64,000 bases of DNA from a bacterium (GCA_030648005.1 JAUSIP010000016.1:1110-65109); one strand, 5' to 3'. Counted from the first letter of the stretch, positions 47,223 through 54,640 are shown. A program made the numbers and translations. Notes: a model not told the origin generated them from the sequence alone.

Positions 47223-48206
47223 ATGCCAAATTATAACATCGTTCTTCCATCGAAACCCCGAGTCGTCTCTGAAGCGGATTTTAAGGGTGTTTACGAGATA
47301 GATGGGCTTTATCCGGGCTATGGCCACACACTAGGAAACTCACTAAGAAGGATTATTTTATCCTCTTTGCCGGGTGCTGCTATCACATCCCTAAAGATTG
47401 TCGGTGTTGACCATGAGTTTTCTACTATCGAGGGCGTTAAGGAGGATGTTATTACTATACTTTTAAGCCTTAAGAAGGTCAGATTCAGACTGATTGATGA
47501 TAATCCTCAGAAGGTATTCCTTTCTGTGTCTGGAGCTAAGAAAGTAACCGCAGGGGACATAGAGGCACCGGCGGGAGTAGAAGTTTTAACTCCAGACTTC
47601 CACATAGCTACTCTAACCGACAAGAGCTCCAAGCTTGAGATTGAATTTGTGGTTGAGAAAGGACTTGGATTTGTGCCTAAGGAGGTTATCCACAAGGAGA
47701 AGGTTGATATCGGCACTATCTCCGTCGACGCCATCTTCACTCCTATTAGAAGGGTCAACTATGAGGTTGAGAACATGCGAGTTGGAGACAGGACAGACTA
47801 CAACAGACTACGCCTTTTCATCGAAACAGACGGCACTCTTACTGCCAGAGAAGCCCTTGAAACATCCATCTACACTATGATCTCACAGCTTAAGGCGATA
47901 GTTGGCTTCATAGAAGAAGTTCCTGAGGTTGCTGAGGAGGATAAGATCAGCGACGAGGAGTCTAAGGGTGGTGAGCAAGGTGGAGACAATGAGTCTGCTA
48001 GACAAGAAGATGTTATGAAGATCCGGATCGAAGATGTAAGCTTCTCTACAAGGACACAGAAGGCCTTATCTGAAGCAAGCATCAGGACAGTTGGCGGATT
48101 AGCCAGGAAGCGAGAGGAGGATCTCCGCAATATCGACGGTTTAGGCGAGAAGGGTATCTCTGAGATCAAGAGAGCCCTGGGTAATTATGGGATCAACCTT
48201 AAATAA
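47223..48206 (+). CDS. rpoA: DNA-directed RNA polymerase subunit alpha
   Basis: It has the N-terminal dimerisation domain (GHTLGNSLRRILLSS-type) and a C-terminal HhH domain. Confidence 0.95.
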   Translation: MPNYNIVLPSKPRVVSEADFKGVYEIDGLYPGYGHTLGNSLRRIILSSLPGAAITSLKIVGVDHEFSTIEGVKEDVITILLSLKKVRFRLIDDNPQKVFLSVSGAKKVTAGDIEAPAGVEVLTPDFHIATLTDKSSKLEIEFVVEKGLGFVPKEVIHKEKVDIGTISVDAIFTPIRRVNYEVENMRVGDRTDYNRLRLFIETDGTLTAREALETSIYTMISQLKAIVGFIEEVPEVAEEDKISDEESKGGEQGGDNESARQEDVMKIRIEDVSFSTRTQKALSEASIRTVGGLARKREEDLRNIDGLGEKGISEIKRALGNYGINLK

Positions 48207-48227
48207 ATAAGAAACTAAAGAAATTCC

Positions 48228-48578
48228 ATGAGACACCACAATAGTGTAAGAAAATTAAGCAGAGAGACTGGGCAGAGGAAGGCACTGTTGCGTTCACTTG
48301 CGGAGAGTCTTGTTATCCACGGCAAGATCAAGACTACCGAGGCCAAGGCTAAGGAGTTGCGTCCGTTCATCGAGAAGCTAGTCACAAAAGGCAAGGACGG
48401 CACATTGGCTTCAAGAAGAATTTTAATCTCTAGACTTGGAAGCCCTGAGGTGGTTAAGAAGATGGTAGATGAGATAGCCAAGAAGTACACAGAGAGAAAA
48501 GGGGGCTATACCAGGATACTTAAGCTGGGCACAAGAGGAGGAGATGCCAGCCCGATGGCTTTAATCGAATTTGTATAA
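48228..48578 (+). CDS. rplQ: Ribosomal protein L17
   Basis: MRHHNSVRKLSRETGQRKALLRSLAESL. Confidence 0.95.
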   Translation: MRHHNSVRKLSRETGQRKALLRSLAESLVIHGKIKTTEAKAKELRPFIEKLVTKGKDGTLASRRILISRLGSPEVVKKMVDEIAKKYTERKGGYTRILKLGTRGGDASPMALIEFV

Positions 48579-48582
48579 TCAT

Positions 48583-48933
48583 ATGACTACCAAATACACA
48601 ATAGACGCCAGCGGAAGGACGATAGGCAGGATAGCATCCGAAGCCGCTTTTATCATCATGGGCAAGAATACAGCGCAGTTTGCCAAGAATATCGCCCCTA
48701 AGGTATCCGTAAGCATCGTCAATGCTGCCAAGACTAAGATTACAGACAAGAAGAAGGAGGAGAAGGAGTATTACCACTTCACCGGCCACCCGAGTGGAAG
48801 AAAGAGCAATACACTAGGAATGGTGCTTGATAAGAAGGGACATGAAGAGGTCTTCCGCAATGCTGTATACGGCATGCTTCCGAAGAATAAGTTAAGGAAG
48901 GAGATGCTGAAGAATTTGATAGTTACAGAATAA
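48583..48933 (+). CDS. rplM: Ribosomal protein L13
   Basis: IDASGRTIGRIASEAAFIIMGK. I prefer the ATG at 48583 over the TTG at 48571. Confidence 0.9.
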   Translation: MTTKYTIDASGRTIGRIASEAAFIIMGKNTAQFAKNIAPKVSVSIVNAAKTKITDKKKEEKEYYHFTGHPSGRKSNTLGMVLDKKGHEEVFRNAVYGMLPKNKLRKEMLKNLIVTE

Positions 48934-48940
48934 TATTTAA

Positions 48941-49357
48941 ATGATGAAAACAGAGACTAAAGGAAAATATTTCGAGGCTGTAGGCAGAAGAAAGACTTCA
49001 ACTGCCAGAGTAAGACTTTACCCTCACGAGTCTACAAAGAACGTTTTTGTAATAAACGGCAAGGATATCAAAGAGTACTTTCCAACAGCTGAGATGAAGT
49101 ACATTGTAGCTTCTCCATTTGAGACATCAGCTACAGTTGCCAAGTATGAGGTTACAGTAGTGGCTACAGGTGGCGGGATACACTCTCAGGCTGAGGCGGT
49201 AAGGCACGGCATCTCAAGAGCCTTGCTTCTGACTGACGGTGAGCTAAGAAAGCTCCTCAAAAAGGCTAAGATGCTCAAGAGAGACCCACGAGCTAAGGAG
49301 CGAAGGAAATTCGGCCTCAAGAAGGCAAGAAAGGCTCCACAGTGGAGCAAGCGATAG
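48941..49357 (+). CDS. rpsI: Ribosomal protein S9
   Basis: GRRKTSTARVRL and the C-terminal KARKAPQWSKR. Confidence 0.95.
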   Translation: MMKTETKGKYFEAVGRRKTSTARVRLYPHESTKNVFVINGKDIKEYFPTAEMKYIVASPFETSATVAKYEVTVVATGGGIHSQAEAVRHGISRALLLTDGELRKLLKKAKMLKRDPRAKERRKFGLKKARKAPQWSKR

Positions 49358-49372
49358 TTCAAAAATTAAAAA

Positions 49373-49396
49373 GATCCCGGAAACGGGGTCTTTTTG
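49373..49396 (+). terminator. Terminator of the ribosomal protein operon
   Basis: GATCCCG-GAAA-CGGGGTC followed by TTTTT. Confidence 0.8.
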
Positions 49397-49410
49397 TTTG
49401 GCATGAGAAA

Positions 49411-49430
49411 ACCGCCAGAGGTCTGGCGGT
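49411..49430 (-). terminator. Hairpin/terminator of the 49479-49736 gene (CCGCCAG/CTGGCGG motif family)
   Basis: ACCGCCAG-AGGT-CTGGCGGT, with TTTTC following on the minus strand. Confidence 0.55.
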
Positions 49431-49478
49431 TTGGCGGCGGTAAGCAGTAGGTCTGCTTAGTACTTAAAAGAGGAGTGA

Positions 49479-49736
49479 TTAGACGTGCATCCAACCGTTG
49501 TCATCTTCATGGTAAATCCAGCCGAACTTGCCCATCTCACGGACCTCTTCTTCGGACATGTAGAGAACAAACATGTCGAAGTCTCCAACAAAGATACCAG
49601 CCTCGCTGAGGTCTATTTTCTCATCGAGATCAGCGTAGTAATTCTTCAGGATCTGAAGACCACCCAGAACACCATTCTTTTTGCTGGGATCCGATGAGTC
49701 TTCATCAAGAATCTCTACTGCTCGCTTGACGTTCAT
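49479..49736 (-). CDS. Hypothetical small acidic protein (85 aa)
   Basis: It has its own consensus promoter, a GGGAG SD and a terminator. It is Asp/Glu-rich with no recognised motif. Confidence 0.55.
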   Translation of the reverse strand: MNVKRAVEILDEDSSDPSKKNGVLGGLQILKNYYADLDEKIDLSEAGIFVGDFDMFVLYMSEEEVREMGKFGWIYHEDDNGWMHV

Positions 49737-49797
49737 TTTGCTTCTACTCCCGTCTGTTGATTTAGTTGTCGAATAACTCGGCTAATTTCTATCTTCA

Positions 49798-49827
49798 AGT
49801 ATAGCATACTAAATATCAAACTGTCAA
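49798..49827 (-). promoter_or_regulatory. Consensus promoter of the acidic-protein gene
   Basis: The minus strand reads TTGACA (49827-49822), 18 nt, then TATACT (49803-49798). Confidence 0.6.
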
Positions 49828-49900
49828 TAGCAAATACAAAATACCATTATTTTATAAGGGGGATATTTTAATTTTGATTTCAGCAGATTCTATGTGATCA

Positions 49901-50002
49901 CAAGTTACTAAGTCTACTCATCCGCCCAGGGCGGATTGCGTGGACTAAGTACTTGCCGACCCCGACTCACGGTTTTTGTTTTTTAGGAGAGAAAACAAAA
50001 AC
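49901..50002. other. Structured intergenic segment (two long hairpins)
   Basis: CAAGTTACTAAGTCTAC...GTGGACTAAGTACTTG encloses TCCGCC-CAG-GGCGGA. It is followed by GTTTTTGTTTT-TTAGGAGAG-AAAACAAAAAC. Confidence 0.4.
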
Positions 50003-50024
50003 ATCGTTCCGCCTTCATAAAACT

Positions 50025-50049
50025 AAAAAAGTGGAGAAGTCCACTTTTT
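50025..50049 (-). terminator. Terminator of the minus-strand tRNA-Glu transcription unit (bidirectional shape)
   Basis: AAAAAGTGGA-GAAG-TCCACTTTTT lies 13 nt downstream of the tRNA 3' end. Confidence 0.75.
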
Positions 50050-50061
50050 CTTAACGTTTGA

Positions 50062-50133
50062 TGACCCTACAGAGAATCGAACTCTGATTTAAGCCTTGAG
50101 AAGGCTCCGTCCTAACCGTTAGACGATAGGGCC
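50062..50133 (-). tRNA. tRNA-Glu (anticodon CTC)
   Basis: Acceptor is GGCCCTA/TAGGGTC. D arm is GTCT-AACGGTTA-GGAC. Anticodon arm is GAGCC-TTCTCAA-GGCTT. T arm is CAGAG-TTCGATT-CTCTG. Confidence 0.9.
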
Positions 50134-50149
50134 AAATTGTAAACTAACT

Positions 50150-50362
50150 GCGACCAAACTCTGATTTCCTCCTTACAGGAGCGGTACACCTTTCGCACCC
50201 TACGGGGATGCTCAAGGTCTTGCAGTTGGGTCCCCAAGCCCAACCTCACCTCTCGAAGGCCGTGTCCTAACCGATAGTCCCGACCCCACAGGGTCGAGGA
50301 TCCTCGATTTTATGGAGATTTCGCTGTAACGAAATCGTAATAAAATCGGGAACGATAGGGCC
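50150..50362 (-). ncRNA. tRNA-Glu-derived structured RNA or tRNA pseudogene carrying two large hairpin-rich insertions
   Basis: Three blocks match tRNA-Glu (nt 1-11 at 11/11, nt 12-25 at 13/14, nt 39-54 at 13/16). They are separated by 74-nt and ~80-nt self-complementary inserts. The T-arm 3' strand and the acceptor 3' strand are missing. Confidence 0.45.
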
Positions 50363-50389
50363 GTTACTGTGAAACTATTCTAATATAAC

Positions 50390-50417
50390 TTGCCAAGAAT
50401 GTAAAATATGATAGTAT
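50390..50417 (+). promoter_or_regulatory. Putative promoter of the nuclease gene
   Basis: TTGCCA-16 nt-TAGTAT, followed by tandem AAAGGAGG SD motifs. Confidence 0.4.
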
Positions 50418-50446
50418 GAGAAAGGAGGTTTGTAAAGGAGGTCGTT

Positions 50447-50863
50447 TTGCCCCGCAAGAACAATGAGGAGCTCCGAAGGAAGGATCTCCCTAGTGGTAAA
50501 AAAAAGACCCGTTCACGCGGATGCCGAAGCAGAAAACCCAACAATAAGGTTAACCGCGGGAGATATTGGGAGGAGCGAATGGCTAAGCTCCTGGACGATA
50601 ATAACATCAAGTACACAGCCAATAGATCATTTAAAACGGTTAATAAGAAAGGATATAGAAACCATAGGGAAGTTGATTTCTGCCTCCATGAAGATCTAAG
50701 TGTCTTGCGACGAGAACATCCGATCCGGTACATTGAAGTTAAGAGTGGAAAACTAGATAGAGACCAGCAGGAGGATCTTCGTAATGCTGGAATTTATACC
50801 GACATTATCATCCCCCTAGACATAATCTATTGGGAAATACATGGTCTTTCTTTGCAGAAATAA
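50447..50863 (+). CDS. PD-(D/E)XK nuclease-fold protein with a ~45-aa Lys/Arg-rich N-terminal tail
   Basis: It has a TTG start 5 nt after GGAGG. REVDFCL (Asp) and YIEVKSGK (E-x-K) fit the PD-(D/E)XK motif, preceded by a GRYWEERMAKLL helix. Confidence 0.5.
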   Translation: MPRKNNEELRRKDLPSGKKKTRSRGCRSRKPNNKVNRGRYWEERMAKLLDDNNIKYTANRSFKTVNKKGYRNHREVDFCLHEDLSVLRREHPIRYIEVKSGKLDRDQQEDLRNAGIYTDIIIPLDIIYWEIHGLSLQK

Positions 50864-50876
50864 ATCTAGAACTACC

Positions 50877-50899
50877 CCGGCTACTTAGCCGGATTTTTT
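50877..50899 (+). terminator. Rho-independent terminator
   Basis: CCGGCT-ACTT-AGCCGG, then A and TTTTTT. Confidence 0.75.
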
Positions 50900-50938
50900 C
50901 TTGCCACGCCGATAAGGCGGGTATGCTATAATTATCCA

Positions 50939-51574
50939 ATGAACTTTATAGACACGTTTCTTCATATCGATACATACTTGGCCGGGTTGACATCTGACTA
51001 CGGCGTATATATCTATGCACTACTCTTCCTGGTTATCTTCTTAGAGACTGGGATTGTAGCTACACCCTTCCTACCCGGAGATTCCCTACTCTTTGCTGCC
51101 GGAGCGATAGCAGCTTCGGCTGGCGGATTGAATATCTGGATCTTATTAGCTGTTATAGCTTCCGCATCCATAATTGGAGATTCCGTCAACTACACGATTG
51201 GTAGTTATCTGGGAGCAAGGGCATTTGGAGATCCTAATTCACAGATATTCAAGAAGGAGTATTTAGATCGCGCACAAGAATTTTACAGTAAATATGGCGA
51301 CAGGGCGGTGGTATTGGGGCGCTTCTTCCCAATCATTAGGACATTTGTTCCATTTGTTGCTGGTGTCAGTAATATGAAATATGATAAGTTTGTCTTTTTT
51401 AATATAACAGGCGGAATACTCTGGACACTAGTTTTCTGCTTCGGCGGATACCTCTTCGGCAATATCCAGATAGTGAAAGACAATTTCACTGCCGTTATCT
51501 TTGGTATTATTATTATTTCTCTCCTACCAGGGATTTACCATCTGTTTGCAAATAGATTAAGAATACGTGAGTAA
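50939..51574 (+). CDS. DedA family (VTT domain) membrane protein
   Basis: FLPGDSLLFAAG and RFFPIIRTFVPFVAG. Confidence 0.85.
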   Translation: MNFIDTFLHIDTYLAGLTSDYGVYIYALLFLVIFLETGIVATPFLPGDSLLFAAGAIAASAGGLNIWILLAVIASASIIGDSVNYTIGSYLGARAFGDPNSQIFKKEYLDRAQEFYSKYGDRAVVLGRFFPIIRTFVPFVAGVSNMKYDKFVFFNITGGILWTLVFCFGGYLFGNIQIVKDNFTAVIFGIIIISLLPGIYHLFANRLRIRE

Positions 51575-51647
51575 GCATACATTGACTATTTAAGCCAAAA
51601 GACTTAACTTGAATACGGATGTTTTTAGTCTTTGACTCAAGGGAGTT

Positions 51648-52139
51648 TTGCAGATGCTTATCGTCGTACCTGAATTCAAAGAAGTGAAGGGTCAACTGGT
51701 CTTCCTTGCTGGCCCCATACAAGGCGCGGAAGACTGGCAGAGTTTTGCTATTAATTTTTTCTCAAAGAGATGTCCGTCGTTGGATATAGCTACCCCGAGG
51801 GGTAATTATAAAGATCTTAACTTCGATTACGATAAGCAAGTAGACTGGGAATCCTTTTACCTCGCGATGGCATCTAAGAGTGCTGGAATTCTCTTCTGGC
51901 TAGCAAAAGAGAAGACGCATTACTGCGACAGGTCTTATGCACAAACAACAAGATTTGAACTGGCTGAATGGGTGATAAAAAACACCATCAATCCGTTTGT
52001 AAATCTTTTCATTGGCATCGAGCCAGGATTTACCGGCGCGAAATATATTAGAAGGCGACTTAGCCGGGAGTGTCCGGAAATTGTAATACACGAGACCCTC
52101 GAGGCGCTCTGCGAAGAGGTGATCTTGAATGTCCGTTAA
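51648..52139 (+). CDS. Nucleoside 2-deoxyribosyltransferase-like fold protein
   Basis: VFLAGPIQGAEDWQ and AQTTRFELAEW (catalytic-Glu-type motif) resemble PF05014/PF15891 as I recall them. A GGGAG SD is present. Confidence 0.5.
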   Translation: MQMLIVVPEFKEVKGQLVFLAGPIQGAEDWQSFAINFFSKRCPSLDIATPRGNYKDLNFDYDKQVDWESFYLAMASKSAGILFWLAKEKTHYCDRSYAQTTRFELAEWVIKNTINPFVNLFIGIEPGFTGAKYIRRRLSRECPEIVIHETLEALCEEVILNVR

Positions 52140-52494
52140 ACCCGAGCTTGATTTCGATAGACCGCGACAAGTTACAAAAATCCCAGTATTTCCTGAGAAT
52201 TCAGCAGGACTCAATCGAGGTAGTGTACTCGAGATTACATCGCTCATGCCGGAAGCCGCTCAGTTGGGAGGGCTAAAAGTCGGAAAGAAGATTATGCTGG
52301 GCTATGATGGCACACATATCCGCTCGGGGCCACTTATCTGGCTGGTAGAAAAGATCATTGAAGAGATAGCCTACGGCTGGTGGAAAGTTATCGAGGTGCC
52401 ATTGCCCGACTTCTCAAATGCGGAATTCAACAAGGAATTCGCCTTGATTATCGAACATCTAGAACTTGTACCAGTCATCAAGCTGGATTCCTAA
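52129..52494 (+). CDS. Hypothetical protein (121 aa), translationally coupled to the NDT-like gene
   Basis: It overlaps the upstream CDS by 11 nt. I recognise no motif. Confidence 0.5.
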   Translation: MSVKPELDFDRPRQVTKIPVFPENSAGLNRGSVLEITSLMPEAAQLGGLKVGKKIMLGYDGTHIRSGPLIWLVEKIIEEIAYGWWKVIEVPLPDFSNAEFNKEFALIIEHLELVPVIKLDS

Positions 52495-52510
52495 TCAGAT
52501 CACACTCTTT

Positions 52511-52537
52511 ACCCCCGCTTAGCGGGGGATTTTTTTT
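52511..52537 (+). terminator. Rho-independent terminator
   Basis: CCCCCGC-TTA-GCGGGGG followed by a T-run. Confidence 0.85.
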
Positions 52538-52557
52538 ATGAAATTTGATAGACTCCA

Positions 52558-53097
52558 GTGGTGACCATACAAATGATCCACCATACAATAAAGCATGTTG
52601 ATGTCTTCCCGGAGGAGGCTTGTGTTGAGCCTGCATTTTATAGCACTAGGCGCACTGCGAAGGGAATCGTCCTTGATTCGCATAGAAAAGTTGCCTTAGT
52701 GTCTAAAAAAGGGAGTGGTTTCTACTTCCTGCCTGGCGGTGGAATTGAGGAGGGGGAGTCGACAGAGGAAGCGCTTAAAAGGGAGTGTGCTGAAGAGATG
52801 GGGCAAAGTATAAAGATCGAAAGAAAGTTCGCGACAACTTCTGAATACCGCGCCAAGTCTGCAGAATTATATGAGACATCATGCTTTATAGCCCGCTTAT
52901 CAGAAGACGGACAAGATTTGGAGGTCATACCCGACGATAGCTTGCTTGGTATGGAGGTACTCTGGATAGGTAAGCCGGAAGCGATAGAACTATTAAAAAA
53001 ACAGGCTAAAAAAATAACTGATAAAACAGATAACTATTACAGCCGTAAATTTAATACTCTCCGCGATCTATACTTCATAGATAAAAGTTTGATATAA
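52558..53097 (+). CDS. Nudix hydrolase
   Basis: Nudix box GGGIEEGESTEEALKRECAEEMG. Confidence 0.85.
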   Translation: MVTIQMIHHTIKHVDVFPEEACVEPAFYSTRRTAKGIVLDSHRKVALVSKKGSGFYFLPGGGIEEGESTEEALKRECAEEMGQSIKIERKFATTSEYRAKSAELYETSCFIARLSEDGQDLEVIPDDSLLGMEVLWIGKPEAIELLKKQAKKITDKTDNYYSRKFNTLRDLYFIDKSLI

Positions 53098-53100
53098 ATA

Positions 53101-53124
53101 AAAGGCCTCCAGTTTGCGGAGGCC
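53101..53124. terminator. Bidirectional hairpin between convergent genes
   Basis: GGCCTCC-AGTTTGC-GGAGGCC. Confidence 0.55.
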
Positions 53125-53143
53125 AGCCAGATTTTCTACTCAC

Positions 53144-53503
53144 TTAATTTTCTTTACGTGGCTTCTTTGGTTTATTTAGGAAGAGCGACCAACATTGAAC
53201 CGGCGTGATCCCTAGCGTCTCTGCTAACTTTATGATACCCATCGTAAACGCGGTATTAATATATCTATCGTACAAGAACCGGCGACCAAAAACATTGATG
53301 TACTCTTGCATATTTATACCATACTGCTTGCTTAATATTAGAGTGAGATCCTCTTCATTTTTCGGCAAGGTAGCCGTGAACTTAGTGTTGAAGTCCGCTA
53401 GTCTCTCTTTGACTTCATTAGTATCGAGTTCAATATATTTGAGCTCCTCGAAGGCTTCATCCAGCTCCTTCTTTGTGTAGGGCGAATTTATTATACCCAC
53501 CAC
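53144..53503 (-). CDS. Hypothetical protein (119 aa), possible C-terminal HTH
   Basis: It has a GTG start preceded by AGGGGGA. MGIIKLAETLGITPVQ looks HTH-like. The C-terminus is basic. Confidence 0.45.
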   Translation of the reverse strand: MVGIINSPYTKKELDEAFEELKYIELDTNEVKERLADFNTKFTATLPKNEEDLTLILSKQYGINMQEYINVFGRRFLYDRYINTAFTMGIIKLAETLGITPVQCWSLFLNKPKKPRKEN

Positions 53504-53596
53504 TCATCCCCCTTTTTTTTATAAACGTCCAATTATCTGACATAATCATAGCCTTTTTTCTTAAAATAATGTAGTCTCTAACACGGAGGTGTTGAC

Positions 53597-54631
53597 ATGA
53601 AAATCGAAGAAGTGGCGAAGATTGACATGGCTAAACTGATCAACGCCACAGGGCTCACAGAAGAAGAGGTACTCACAGCACTTAGAGTGTCTAATCCAAA
53701 ACGATGGCTTAGGGATATGAAGGCAGCGAAGACTATTGGGGAATCCCGACGAGTCTATGATGCGGCGAGCGATGATCTGGAGAACAAAGATCCGGTCAGA
53801 AAGAAGATACTCTACATGCACGAAGCAAGGTGCCAGGCTGTCGTTGATCAAAAAAAGATTGACTCTGTCGAAGACTTGTATGAAATAGTTAATCGTGGAA
53901 TTGTAGATGGCCCAGCATTCACTAAGGCTGCATGGCTTCTCGTCGCATGCATAAAACAACTAGGCCAGTTCGCAAGACTCTATCGTCAACTCATCGAAAA
54001 GAAAAGCACCAATGATGCCTTGATCACAACTGTGGCCGGTGAATTCATCGCTTCATGCATGCTTGAACTGGAGAAGCCGACGCTTACAATGGAAGAGCTC
54101 TATGGTATCCGTGCATACTCATCTTATCTTCCACCTACCCATCCTGTCCGGCATTATGCAAACAAAAAATTCAAGATTGCCCTCGGGAAATTCCTGTCAG
54201 AACCGCGTGTGCTTACTGAACTCACAACTGCTCGGGGCTGGGCTAGAGAAAAACGGGAATTTTCCCGTATAGACTCCCTGATATTCAAGATCGTGGTGAA
54301 GGAGTGTGAAAACAACCCCGTCTTCGCTAATGCTTGTGAAGTTCTAGTCAGATATTTTAATCTGATCGGCCCGAATTCAGCTCAGCGTAAATGCCTGACT
54401 ATACTTGCTGGAAGAGCCCAAACTTTCGATGAGCTTCGGCATGTCTTCGATCGCTACTCCCATGGAAGCTACTTGGATAATCTCCGCCGAAAGATGATTG
54501 ATAAGCTAGTGGCCCTGGCTTCTACGGTTGAACGGCTCATGTTTATTTATGAGAGAGGAGGATCTGGGCTGGTGACGTCTGCTAACAAGAGAAAGATCAT
54601 CCAAAAGTTGGCAAAGATGTACACCAAATAA
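53597..54631 (+). CDS. Hypothetical all-helical protein (344 aa)
   Basis: CGGAGGTG lies 6 nt before the ATG. I recognise no family. Confidence 0.55.
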   Translation: MKIEEVAKIDMAKLINATGLTEEEVLTALRVSNPKRWLRDMKAAKTIGESRRVYDAASDDLENKDPVRKKILYMHEARCQAVVDQKKIDSVEDLYEIVNRGIVDGPAFTKAAWLLVACIKQLGQFARLYRQLIEKKSTNDALITTVAGEFIASCMLELEKPTLTMEELYGIRAYSSYLPPTHPVRHYANKKFKIALGKFLSEPRVLTELTTARGWAREKREFSRIDSLIFKIVVKECENNPVFANACEVLVRYFNLIGPNSAQRKCLTILAGRAQTFDELRHVFDRYSHGSYLDNLRRKMIDKLVALASTVERLMFIYERGGSGLVTSANKRKIIQKLAKMYTK

Positions 54632-54640
54632 GTAAGAAGA

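Noticed and set aside
47686-47694. A perfect DnaA box TTATCCACA (plus a near copy at ~48314), with parB and dnaB in the window, which could indicate oriC.
   Set aside because: These are single boxes inside coding sequence (rpoA and rplQ). There is no cluster of boxes and no AT-rich unwinding element next to them.
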